A DNA stretch of 64,000 nt from an uncultured Alphaproteobacteria bacterium (GTDB lineage Bacteria > Pseudomonadota > Alphaproteobacteria > Methylaequorales > Methylaequoraceae): positions 87,066-151,065 of the forward strand of contig CACEWP010000002.1 of NCBI GenBank assembly GCA_902563305.1, given 5' to 3'. The translations under genes were made by a program, and so were the position numbers. This document shows positions 30,612-39,655 of the stretch, piece by piece (position 1 is the first letter of the stretch; every line of letters starts with the position of its first letter). Below the pieces are notes generated by a model that had not been told where the DNA came from, did no database searches, and saw only the letters and a program-made list of their open reading frames with translations.

Positions 30612-31570
30612 TTTTTGCTATCAAGAATAAACTTCCCAAATGCTCTTGGCCCACCAGAAGTTTGAATTCTTTTTAATATTTTAAAATCATTTAAGTCAAT
30701 AAGAATAATATTATCTTCAAACCAACACGCAACAACAATTAAATTTTGAATATAACTAATATCAATACCTTCAGGATATTCGCATATTTCTGATAAAGTT
30801 TTAACATTTTTTTTTTGGTTCATATCTATTACAGATATACTGTCGTCTCTTTGATTTGTGATATAAAGATGATTATTCTTTTTATTATGAATAGCAGAAT
30901 AGGGCCACTTTCTTACTTTTATGTTGTGAAGTCTCTCCAATTTAAATTTGTCAATAATTGATATAGAATTTGATTGAACATTTGTTACTACGATATAACT
31001 TAAATAGTCCTCAGAGTAAATTCCAAAAGGCGCTTTTTCAACTTTCACATTTTTTATTATGCTTAGAGTGTTTGTATCTATAACTGAGATGTTATTACTT
31101 TCTCTATTGGCAACAAAAAGTCTATTAATTTGATTATCAAAATAAATACCTGCAGGTGAATTACCAACACTAATTTTTTTTATAATTTTTTTTTTTTTTA
31201 AATCTACGACAGTAATTATATTATCATACCAATTGGATACAAATAAATTGTCATCTTTGGAGTTGACTGCAACTCCTAGAGGACTTGAACCTACATTAAC
31301 AAAATTATTTGAATTACCTATCAAATCAATAATTGAAACATTATTGCTTTCGGGATTTGAAACATAAATTTTATTTGATTGTTTGTCAATATAAATACCA
31401 GCTGGTCTCTTTCCAACACTTATTTCTTTGATTTTTTTTTGGGTTGTTAAATCTATTACGTCAAGTTTATTACTCTCTTGATTTGTTATGAATGCCAACT
31501 CTTTTGAGTTAGAATAAGTGAATAAACTCAAAATCAGAGACAAAAGTGAAATCAAATTAATCTTTTTCAA
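30608..31570 (-). CDS. secreted YVTN-family beta-propeller repeat protein
   Basis: Signal peptide; about seven repeats of the roughly 40-residue YVTN/PQQ-like motif (..P.GI....KIYV.N..SN.ISVID...); TTG start; 4-nt overlap with tkt; long A/T homopolymer inside (about 31173-31199). Confidence 0.65.
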   Translation of the reverse strand: MKKINLISLLSLILSLFTYSNSKELAFITNQESNKLDVIDLTTQKKIKEISVGKRPAGIYIDKQSNKIYVSNPESNNVSIIDLIGNSNNFVNVGSSPLGVAVNSKDDNLFVSNWYDNIITVVDLKKKKIIKKISVGNSPAGIYFDNQINRLFVANRESNNISVIDTNTLSIIKNVKVEKAPFGIYSEDYLSYIVVTNVQSNSISIIDKFKLERLHNIKVRKWPYSAIHNKKNNHLYITNQRDDSISVIDMNQKKNVKTLSEICEYPEGIDISYIQNLIVVACWFEDNIILIDLNDFKILKRIQTSGGPRAFGKFILDSKK

Positions 31571-32087
31571 TAATTTCCTTGAGACCTTTTAAATTTTCTG
31601 AAATGAAGGCTTGAACCTTTTTTTTTGAATTTTCGTCGTTCAATTCAGATGGAGGATCATTTCCCATAAATCCTCTATAGAAACCGCTTTTGTATTGGAC
31701 AATAGTTTTATTATCATCTGACTTTACAAAAACTTTTGCTGAATAACTATTGACAGGTAAAACTTTATTATCAGTTTCGATTATTCTCCAACTTATCATA
31801 TACTTATTTTTATCAATTTTTTCTAATTTCTGTTTAACGCTCTCACCAGATTTAAAATTTAGTATTCTCTCTGAGCCTACATTGGACCCCTGGGCTTTAA
31901 TATTTTTTATATTTTTGTTCCAATTAAAACTTTTGAAGTTACTAACAATTTTCCAAACTTCTTCCAAAGTCCCATTTATTTCAATAGACTCTGAAACTTT
32001 TTGCCTAGAGGGGCCATGAGCATAAGACGAATGAAAAGATAATAATATAATGAAAAAAATAAGAGATTTTGTAAATTTTTTTAACAT
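31557..32087 (-). CDS. secreted SRPBCC (START/Bet v 1/polyketide-cyclase fold) ligand-binding protein
   Basis: Signal peptide, then GTLEEVWKIVSNFKSF-NW typical of the SRPBCC N-terminal beta-strand/helix. Confidence 0.5.
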   Translation of the reverse strand: MLKKFTKSLIFFIILLSFHSSYAHGPSRQKVSESIEINGTLEEVWKIVSNFKSFNWNKNIKNIKAQGSNVGSERILNFKSGESVKQKLEKIDKNKYMISWRIIETDNKVLPVNSYSAKVFVKSDDNKTIVQYKSGFYRGFMGNDPPSELNDENSKKKVQAFISENLKGLKEIIEKD

Positions 32088-32101
32088 AACTTCCTTTATA
32101 A

Positions 32102-32296
32102 TTATAATATCCTATATTTATTTTTATCTTCTAATACTGATAATGCAACTAAGATTTCGGAATTTTCATCTTTAACATCTGCAATGACCGCATGGATATT
32201 TCCTGAAATTGTTTTTAATCTTTTAACTTTATATTTTATTCTATTAAGTTTTTTATCTGAAACTTTCTCTATTATTTTATCTATTAAAACTTCCAT
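32102..32296 (-). CDS. small hypothetical protein (64 aa)
   Basis: ORF only; operon head position upstream of the SRPBCC gene. Confidence 0.25.
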   Translation of the reverse strand: MEVLIDKIIEKVSDKKLNRIKYKVKRLKTISGNIHAVIADVKDENSEILVALSVLEDKNKYRIL

Positions 32297-32350
32297 AAAA
32301 AACTTAACTAATCTAGACTATAAAAATAATAACTCAAATACTAAATTACC

Positions 32351-34840
32351 ATGAATATTCTTTTAAATGTTATCTTAAATAAGCCTAGGACAACTATTTT
32401 GATATTTCTAATTATTTCTTTAACATCAATCATATTCATAACTCAAAATCTTAAAATTAATACTTCAACTGATTCGCTAATAAGTAACAAACTTGAGTTC
32501 AAAAAAAATCAAAAATTATTAAAAGAATCTTTTAAAGTTCTAAATAATAATATTTTGATCAGACTAGTTGGCCGAGAAGGGGATAAATTAATTCTCAATA
32601 GCCAAAATTTAATTTATCAATTAAAAAAAAATAAGGCAATTTCATTTGTATATTCACCAAACTTAGATGAAAATTTTAAAAATAATTTTTTCTTATTTTT
32701 AAATGATAATGATAAAGAACAATTAATTCAAAAACTATATGAATACCAGCCTTTTTTGTCACAGATCAATAATCATGAGGATAAACTTCAAGGATTCAAT
32801 AAATTATTAGAGCTTTCTTTAAGATCAGACTCAAGAGAGGAATTAGATGATTTTACTAAAGTATTTCAGACATTTAGTAAGTCTTTAAAATTACAAAGAA
32901 ATGTCGATTGGATGAATTTATTATCCTCTCAAAAAAATGAAACTTTTATACTATTTGGAATTAATCAAGATTATCTTGAAAAAAATGGATTCAGGAAAGT
33001 CTACAAATTTTTATTAGATTTGAAATCTAATTTTGATAGTTCAATTCAAATTGATTATACTGGAGGATTAATAATAGACTTTGAAGAGGTTGGCTCTGTT
33101 TCATCAGGTGCATTATACTCTGGGATATTAAGTTTTATATTGGTTGCAATACTTCTGTGGTTTGCCTTTAGGAATTTACTGCTTTTACTTTCAATTCTAA
33201 TTACAATCATAATTGGTTTAGTAGTTACTTTAGGCATCACAACAATAGTGATCGGTTCATTGAATTTAATTTCCGTTGCATTTGCAGTCTTGTTCATTGG
33301 GCTATCCGTAGATTATGGTATTCAAGTTTGTTCTAGAATCAATGAAAATAGGAATTTATTAAGTTGTAAAGACAGTAGAAATATTTCAGTTATTTCAAAA
33401 ACACTTTTAATTGCATCAGTGCCTTCGATAATTGGGTTTTTATCTTTTATACCTACAGACTATATAGGGTTATCAGAATTGGGTATTATTTCAGCTATAG
33501 GTCTTGTTGTAGGTCTAGTAGTAAATATTACGTTTTTACCCTGTTTACTATGTATAATTTTTAATAAAAGAGAATATAAGTTCGTTTCATCAAAGAACTC
33601 GGGTAAATTGTTAGAATTTTTTTTGAATAAAAGAAAAGTTATTTTGATTCTATTTTCGTTAATATTAATTTATTCAACATTTAATATAAATAAAATAAAT
33701 TTTGATGCAGATGCTTTGAATTTAAAAGATCAAAATTTGAAATCTGTTAAATTGGCTAAAGAGTTGATTGAGGAAAACCCTACATCAGACTATGTAATAT
33801 CATTAATTTTGGACAGCGAGAGTATAGAAAAGTTTGATGATTCACATCCAATTTTTAAGTCTGAACATGTTAGATCTTATTTTTCCTACAATAAAATTTT
33901 TGAAAAATATAGTTCTGATGATCTTGAATATTTAAAATTTTTATTACTGAAGAATAAAAATAATCAGATTTTAGAAAGAGATAACGAATTGAAAGTTTTC
34001 AAATCATTGCTTTTAACATATAGTGAGGGTGATTTTGGTGAGGTGTCAAATGAAGCTAGACATTTAAGTGAGAAAATTTCACTTCTTGAGAGAAAAGGTA
34101 TATCATCTATTCAAATAAAAGATCTTTTATTTGCAAATTTTGACGATTTAATTGATTTTATAAATAATTTAAATTCAATTCCAGAGAATTTCTCAAATCT
34201 TATTTCAGAAAATTTTGTTAAAAGATATATATCTAATAAAAACACTTTTAGAGTTGAGATCTTTCCTAATAAAGATTTATCAAATCCAAAAAATTTAAGA
34301 GACTTTGTGCTGACAGTTGAAAAATATTTCCCCGAGGCAACAGGTATGCCAGTTGTTCAATTTAAAGCAGGAGAGGTGGTTATAAATTCTTTTAAAAAGG
34401 CCTTAACTATTTCATTGTTATTTTTAATTATTTTTTTATTTTTTGTTTTAAAGAAAATTAAATATGTTTTACTTTGTCTTAGTTCTTTGATATCTGCTTT
34501 TATACTCACTATCTTTAGCTTAATTATATTTAAACTTAATTTGAACTTTGCTAACATGATTGCTTTGCCGTTATTATTTAGTTTAGGAATAAGTTACCCT
34601 ATCTATTTAATTAAGAGATTTCAAGAATTTGGTAATCTTGAAAGAATGTTTCTAACTAATACCCCTTTAGCAGTATTATTTAGTGGTTTAACTACAATAT
34701 TTTCATTTAGTACTTTATACCTATCAACGCATAGTGGTACATCATCAATGGGATTACTTTTATTTATTTGTTTGTTGAATACGATTATTACTAGTTTGAT
34801 TATTCTTCCAATTCTAATAAAGGTATTTAATATTAAATAA
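32351..34840 (+). CDS. RND-superfamily MMPL/HpnN-like exporter
   Basis: 829 aa; two 6-TM bundles each preceded by a large periplasmic domain, typical of MMPL/HpnN lipid exporters; divergent from the SRPBCC/YVTN genes. Confidence 0.7.
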   Translation: MNILLNVILNKPRTTILIFLIISLTSIIFITQNLKINTSTDSLISNKLEFKKNQKLLKESFKVLNNNILIRLVGREGDKLILNSQNLIYQLKKNKAISFVYSPNLDENFKNNFFLFLNDNDKEQLIQKLYEYQPFLSQINNHEDKLQGFNKLLELSLRSDSREELDDFTKVFQTFSKSLKLQRNVDWMNLLSSQKNETFILFGINQDYLEKNGFRKVYKFLLDLKSNFDSSIQIDYTGGLIIDFEEVGSVSSGALYSGILSFILVAILLWFAFRNLLLLLSILITIIIGLVVTLGITTIVIGSLNLISVAFAVLFIGLSVDYGIQVCSRINENRNLLSCKDSRNISVISKTLLIASVPSIIGFLSFIPTDYIGLSELGIISAIGLVVGLVVNITFLPCLLCIIFNKREYKFVSSKNSGKLLEFFLNKRKVILILFSLILIYSTFNINKINFDADALNLKDQNLKSVKLAKELIEENPTSDYVISLILDSESIEKFDDSHPIFKSEHVRSYFSYNKIFEKYSSDDLEYLKFLLLKNKNNQILERDNELKVFKSLLLTYSEGDFGEVSNEARHLSEKISLLERKGISSIQIKDLLFANFDDLIDFINNLNSIPENFSNLISENFVKRYISNKNTFRVEIFPNKDLSNPKNLRDFVLTVEKYFPEATGMPVVQFKAGEVVINSFKKALTISLLFLIIFLFFVLKKIKYVLLCLSSLISAFILTIFSLIIFKLNLNFANMIALPLLFSLGISYPIYLIKRFQEFGNLERMFLTNTPLAVLFSGLTTIFSFSTLYLSTHSGTSSMGLLLFICLLNTIITSLIILPILIKVFNIK

Positions 34841-35297
34841 GAACCCAGTTTCCATCCTTATCCCTGCATGCAGTAGATTTTTCCTCAAATATCTCATCAT
34901 TTTTTTTTATAATCTTTTTAAAGTCTCTACAGCTTTTATTTCCTTGTTCAAAGTTGTTTAAAGGTATTACTTGTCCTGAAATTTTTTCATTTTCTGAACT
35001 AGTCCACGATTTTGATGAGTTATCAGCATTATTATTTAATGAATCCTCTATAATATTATTAAACTCCTCTTTTTCATTATCATTAAGAATTTGTACTATC
35101 TTTCCGCCGAGAATATACCCAGCTGCGCCTCCAAGTATTACTGAAAGATCCTTTGTGACACCATCACCAACTTTTGATCCCAGATAGCCACCAACTGCTG
35201 CACCTATTATTTGGCCGATAACTTTCTTATCATTTGTATTTTCACATGAAGATACAATCAAAAAAGAAGCGATTATAAAAATAAATGTTTTTTTCAT
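34833..35297 (-). CDS. glycine-zipper outer-membrane lipoprotein (17-kDa surface antigen-like), paralogue of 12875-13348
   Basis: Lipobox (IVSSC), GQIIGAAVGGYLGSKVGDG...GGAAGYILGG glycine zipper, C-terminal CRDF ... ACRDKDGNW motif shared with the paralogue. Confidence 0.55.
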   Translation of the reverse strand: MKKTFIFIIASFLIVSSCENTNDKKVIGQIIGAAVGGYLGSKVGDGVTKDLSVILGGAAGYILGGKIVQILNDNEKEEFNNIIEDSLNNNADNSSKSWTSSENEKISGQVIPLNNFEQGNKSCRDFKKIIKKNDEIFEEKSTACRDKDGNWVLI

Positions 35298-35311
35298 TAC
35301 TTAACTAAATA

Positions 35312-36631
35312 TTATAACTTTTCTTTTTTATCAAAACCACGAAAACATTTAAACCTTGGAAATCTAAGACTCCAATTTTCTCCATCTTGACTTTTACTTA
35401 TCGAATCCGCTTTTATTTCAATAATTCTGCCCACTAAATTATTTCTTTCTTTCCAAAAAATTTCTCTTTGTTCATCTGTGAATCCAGAGCCTATATTTAA
35501 TCTAAAAAACTTACCTTCATCAAAACCTTCTGCAATAAATGCACCTAATTTTCCAGAATTTCTTCCAGCTCCTTCTTCAAAATTAATTACTTCTAATGAC
35601 ACCTCAATTACTGGCTTTAATTTTAACCATGTTGTTGATCTTTTACATTCATAGAAAGATTGAGGGTCTTTAATCATTATTCCTTCATATCCGTTAACTA
35701 TTGATTGTTTGTTAAATATCTTAAAGGCCGATTCCCCTTCGTCAGTATCCAGGTTAATATACTTCTTTTCTATGATTTTTATTTTTTCAGATATTTTAAT
35801 ATTTTTATCAAACCATGCTTTTAATTCAACTGTTCTCTTGTAATATGATTTTTTGTATATCCCAGTCTTAAAATTTTCAAAGGGCAAAATATCAAATAAA
35901 TAAAGTACTGCATCAAGATTTTGAACAGTATTCTTTCTATGGATTTGTTTCATCAATTCTTGAAAGTTTTTACTTACTACCTCTCCATCAAGAACTAATG
36001 CTGATTCGATTGGATTTTTTTTAATGATTGTGGATATTTCCTCTTGAATATGATTAAAGTTAACCAATTCTTTTCCATTTCTACTAAATAAATCAACTTT
36101 TCCATTAGGGTAAAGAATTGATATGACTCTAACTCCATCTAGTTTTACTTCTATGAATTTTTTGCCTGTAAGCTTTTTTTTATGAGAATCAGAATCTTGA
36201 GCCAACTGACACGCAAAAACCGGTATTGTGTAATCGAGAAAGTTATTTTTTTTGGCAACATTATTGATAGTTTTTTCCGATACTCCGCATCTCATATCTT
36301 TTTGAAGGATTCTTTTATAAAAAAAATTCCATTCATCGGAATTTGATTTTTTCATTAATCTTATTATTTCATCTCTTGCAGCATGACCAGTAAGTTTCCT
36401 TGATATTAATTTTTTTGAAAGTAAGTCAAACTCTTCCCATGAAAGACCCTCTCCATCAGAATTAGACTCTGGAATTTTTTTAACTCCAAAAGTTAGGAGT
36501 TTATCGTAGGCTAATTTCATGCCACTAAAAAAAATATCATTATTATTTTTCATTTGAGCAAGGAGTATCTCTTCTTTTGATAGTCTAGAATTAGTTATTT
36601 CAAGGAGTTTTATTAATTTAAAGTTTTCCAT
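35312..36631 (-). CDS. ATP-dependent DNA ligase
   Basis: 439 aa; nucleotidyltransferase motif I KLDGVR (adenylated lysine), motif III LVLDGEVV, motif IV EGIMIKD, motif V WLKLK, C-terminal OB domain, N-terminal DNA-binding domain. Confidence 0.75.
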   Translation of the reverse strand: MENFKLIKLLEITNSRLSKEEILLAQMKNNNDIFFSGMKLAYDKLLTFGVKKIPESNSDGEGLSWEEFDLLSKKLISRKLTGHAARDEIIRLMKKSNSDEWNFFYKRILQKDMRCGVSEKTINNVAKKNNFLDYTIPVFACQLAQDSDSHKKKLTGKKFIEVKLDGVRVISILYPNGKVDLFSRNGKELVNFNHIQEEISTIIKKNPIESALVLDGEVVSKNFQELMKQIHRKNTVQNLDAVLYLFDILPFENFKTGIYKKSYYKRTVELKAWFDKNIKISEKIKIIEKKYINLDTDEGESAFKIFNKQSIVNGYEGIMIKDPQSFYECKRSTTWLKLKPVIEVSLEVINFEEGAGRNSGKLGAFIAEGFDEGKFFRLNIGSGFTDEQREIFWKERNNLVGRIIEIKADSISKSQDGENWSLRFPRFKCFRGFDKKEKL

Positions 36632-37358
36632 CTATTATGTTTTGAATATTTATTTGATATCTGCAATACTTACAATTATTATTACTTGGTGGTACAATTT
36701 TATTATTTAAATTTTTAAATATTTTATCAAGTGTTGGTTCTATCCACGTTAAGTCTAATTTTCTTTCAAAAATTAGTAACTCAAAATCAATTTTTTTATT
36801 TTCGTTTGGAAGATTTTCTGAAGCATTTAAGTACACAAGGATACCAGTGGAACTTGTTTCTATAGAGTTTTTTATCAATAAATAAGAATATAAAGACAAT
36901 TGTTTCCAGTAACCTGGCCATATATTTTCAGAGCTAATATTTTTTCTTCGAGAAGTGCTTTTGATTATTACGGGAAAGTTTAATTTAGTACTCTCACACT
37001 GCCAAATATCATCTAAATGTGCTTTAATTTTAAAATTAGTTTTTTTATCTGTGTAATTAATACCTTTAAACGGATGATTCCAGTTTTCCAAAGACTCATT
37101 ATTACTAGGAATAAGGTTCTTATTAATCTTATTTGATTCAGGAAAAACTTTTTGACTAACTCTATATTTATTTAAAGTATTCTTAAATTGATTGACTATA
37201 AAATTGTTTATTACAAGAGGGGTTCCGTGTGGTCTTTTGATACCATGTTTTTGATCTAAGTAAAAACATCTATTGCAGTCAAAAAATAAATCAATTTTTG
37301 ATCTATTAATCGAAAACGGATTAAGATTGTTTTCTATATAAAGTTTTTTTTTCCACAT
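36618..37358 (-). CDS. candidate Cas4/RecB-family PD-(D/E)XK nuclease with Cys4 cluster (hypothetical)
   Basis: 246 aa; N-terminal C-x2-C (DCNRCFYLD), C-terminal C-x2-C (CKYCRY), Q-x3-Y motif (QLSLY) and D...E-R-K; 14-nt overlap with the ligase start. Confidence 0.35.
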   Translation of the reverse strand: MWKKKLYIENNLNPFSINRSKIDLFFDCNRCFYLDQKHGIKRPHGTPLVINNFIVNQFKNTLNKYRVSQKVFPESNKINKNLIPSNNESLENWNHPFKGINYTDKKTNFKIKAHLDDIWQCESTKLNFPVIIKSTSRRKNISSENIWPGYWKQLSLYSYLLIKNSIETSSTGILVYLNASENLPNENKKIDFELLIFERKLDLTWIEPTLDKIFKNLNNKIVPPSNNNCKYCRYQINIQNIIDGKL

Positions 37359-37521
37359 GTGAGTAAATTTATATCAATTATCATTTTATTTTTATAATGC
37401 AAAATATACAGCAAAATGTTTTTGAAAGTTTTAATTAAAATATTAATTATCATTACAATGAAAAATTAATAAGCTTGCAAATTAAAATTGACAATTCTAT
37501 TTTTTTTGAAATTATCTTTTT

Positions 37522-37896
37522 ATGTACTTTTTATTAATTCTCTTAATACCTAAGTTATTATTATCTTTAGAATTAAATCTAATTTGTACTAATAATTATT
37601 CGTCTTTAAACGAGATTGATGTAAAAGATGTTTTTCTATTATTAGATTCAGATAGCAAAAAAATTAATTTAGGTGGGTTGTCTTTTATTGCTGATAAAAT
37701 TTCTATTACAAAATCTAATATATCATGGTCATCAAGCAATGTAGATATCTATCCTGATTCAGATGGTGATGTGTCTGGTATAATTGGGAGATATTCTGGT
37801 GAATTAGTTCTAAACTTTAAGAGGTATGATAATGATAGTGTTAATTCCTTGATTTTTGATTGTAGAAAATTTGAAATCAAAGAAAAAAAATTTTAG
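37522..37896 (+). CDS. small secreted hypothetical protein
   Basis: 124 aa with signal peptide; convergent with and overlapping 4 nt of the radical-SAM gene. Confidence 0.3.
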   Translation: MYFLLILLIPKLLLSLELNLICTNNYSSLNEIDVKDVFLLLDSDSKKINLGGLSFIADKISITKSNISWSSSNVDIYPDSDGDVSGIIGRYSGELVLNFKRYDNDSVNSLIFDCRKFEIKEKKF

Positions 37897-38870
37897 TTTA
37901 AAAAAATTTTACTTTTATCAACAAACTTAGAAATTTGTTTAATGCACAATTCTGTCTTTTCATTTTTTTTCTCTTTTTCGAGATTTAATACTCTTTTAGA
38001 ATTTTCAAATTGTATAAAATAGTTATCAGGCCTTATTTTAGAGATTTTTTTTAAATAAGTTGAAGGCATTCTGAAATTCCCTAATGTTACCGAGTGAACT
38101 TTACCGATATCAATAGTTTTAAAAACTTTATTAAAAAAGGATATATATCTTTCATCCGAATCATTCCAGACGATGGGATCAAATCTTAGACCAACATACC
38201 ATTCGTTTTTTTGCAGAGTAGAAATTGCATTTAATCTCTTTAATAAACTTGGTGTTTTATCTTCAAAATTATTGATCACAAATTGAGGGTTGAGGCTAAA
38301 TGCAGGAATTACATTAGGAAGGGGTTTTCTTTTTTTTAGAACTTCTATATTAATACTTTTAGACCTTATTTCGAGAATTCCTTTATTCATTTTTTCAAAG
38401 TAATTTATAGATTTTTCAACAAAACGTGTTATTTTTTCAAGTGCTAAACTGTCACAATCGTAACCTGAAAAAAAACAAGTTGTATCTTGATTTTTTAAAA
38501 TGATTTTTTTTATTTTATTTAGGAAATCTTCATAATTAACAAATATAAGGTAGTTTGCTGAATTTAACATGCCTTGTAAATAACAGTATTTACAATCATA
38601 TAGACAATTAAACATATGTGAAAAATAATAATTATTTTTGTATCCTATTGAAAAGTCCTTAGGTGCTTCATGAACTAAATTACCATCTTTTTTTGCAAGG
38701 ATAAGTGATGGAAATTTTTTTTGAATTCTAAAATTTTGATTTGAGGGATTAAAAATCTCAGAGTAATGTTCACAATAAATTAAATTTTCATAGTTAATTC
38801 TTGAAATAATTTGCTTTGTATTTTTATGATCTTTTATTTTATCTTCAACATATATTGTTTTAATCTTCAT
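37893..38870 (-). CDS. spore-photoproduct-lyase family radical-SAM DNA repair enzyme (SPL-like)
   Basis: CLYDCKYCYLQ matches the SplB C-x3-C-x2-C-YLQ cluster; downstream YLIFVNYEDFL matches SplB YIRVYVNIEEIL; SGYDCDS aligns with the SplB H-donor cysteine (EASCTSD). Confidence 0.7.
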   Translation of the reverse strand: MKIKTIYVEDKIKDHKNTKQIISRINYENLIYCEHYSEIFNPSNQNFRIQKKFPSLILAKKDGNLVHEAPKDFSIGYKNNYYFSHMFNCLYDCKYCYLQGMLNSANYLIFVNYEDFLNKIKKIILKNQDTTCFFSGYDCDSLALEKITRFVEKSINYFEKMNKGILEIRSKSINIEVLKKRKPLPNVIPAFSLNPQFVINNFEDKTPSLLKRLNAISTLQKNEWYVGLRFDPIVWNDSDERYISFFNKVFKTIDIGKVHSVTLGNFRMPSTYLKKISKIRPDNYFIQFENSKRVLNLEKEKKNEKTELCIKQISKFVDKSKIFLN

Positions 38871-39655
38871 AGTCTGAGAATATTTCTTATTTTTTTTATA
38901 TTATAATGACCACTTTCTTTAATATTGAAAATATTTTTTTCAATTGAAGTATATTTTGTAAAATACAGTTTTAGCAGAGATTTCATTTGTTTCTCCTCAG
39001 TAAAGGTGAAATTTTCTTTTTTAAACAATTTTAAAAATTCTTCATCTATAGATTTCTGGTTCTTATCAAAAATTGAAGTTTGAGTTTTTTTCATATGTTC
39101 AGAAAATTTAATTATTATTTTTTTATGTCGAATTATTAAATTATATATTTGCTCATTATTTTTAAAATCTACTGATTCGGAATGATTATCTGATATTATT
39201 TTTAAAACTTGTATAAATTCTTTTGAAGAAAATTTGTTACAAGCATTAAAAAATCCACTTGATTCCATTTCATATATTTTTGAGTTATATCGTTTATTCT
39301 CTTTTCCTATTGATATGCATTCATCTGAATCAATTTCAAAACTATTTACAAATGGGTAAATGTTTTGACGAGTCTCCTGGTCATGGATTTTTCTTATAGC
39401 AAAAATTTTACCTACTTTGTGAGATTTATGTCCTGCTAGACCTAAATTTATCCAACAATCATTAGTTTTTTGAGAGGTTTCATAAAAGGTTTGAATTACT
39501 CCAATAGCAGAATTAATTTTACCTATTCCTGTAATTGTTAAACTGATATCTTGGTTGCAGTAGATCTGAAGTTTGTTTGAATTTTTTTTCTTTAATTTAA
39601 ATAAGTCTATTAAAGGTCTCGCTTCAGAGTTAGTTGCAATGATGAAATGAATCAT
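38867..39655 (-). CDS. MTA/SAH/5'-deoxyadenosine nucleosidase-like protein (PNP/MTAN family) with about 90-aa C-terminal extension
   Basis: GIGKINSAIGVIQTF, INLGLAGH, VGKIFAIRK, YEMESSGFFNAC align with E. coli MtnN motifs GIGKVAAALGATLL, INTGSAGG, VGDIVVSD, VEMEATAIA; 4-nt overlap with the SPL gene. Confidence 0.6.
   Translation of the reverse strand: MIHFIIATNSEARPLIDLFKLKKKNSNKLQIYCNQDISLTITGIGKINSAIGVIQTFYETSQKTNDCWINLGLAGHKSHKVGKIFAIRKIHDQETRQNIYPFVNSFEIDSDECISIGKENKRYNSKIYEMESSGFFNACNKFSSKEFIQVLKIISDNHSESVDFKNNEQIYNLIIRHKKIIIKFSEHMKKTQTSIFDKNQKSIDEEFLKLFKKENFTFTEEKQMKSLLKLYFTKYTSIEKNIFNIKESGHYNIKKIRNILRL

Noticed and set aside
32351-39655. Possible hopanoid link (MMPL resembles HpnN; the nucleosidase family includes HpnG)
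   Set aside because: The two genes are 4 kb apart in different operons; no squalene-hopene cyclase or other hpn genes; the nucleosidase is tightly coupled to a radical-SAM gene instead
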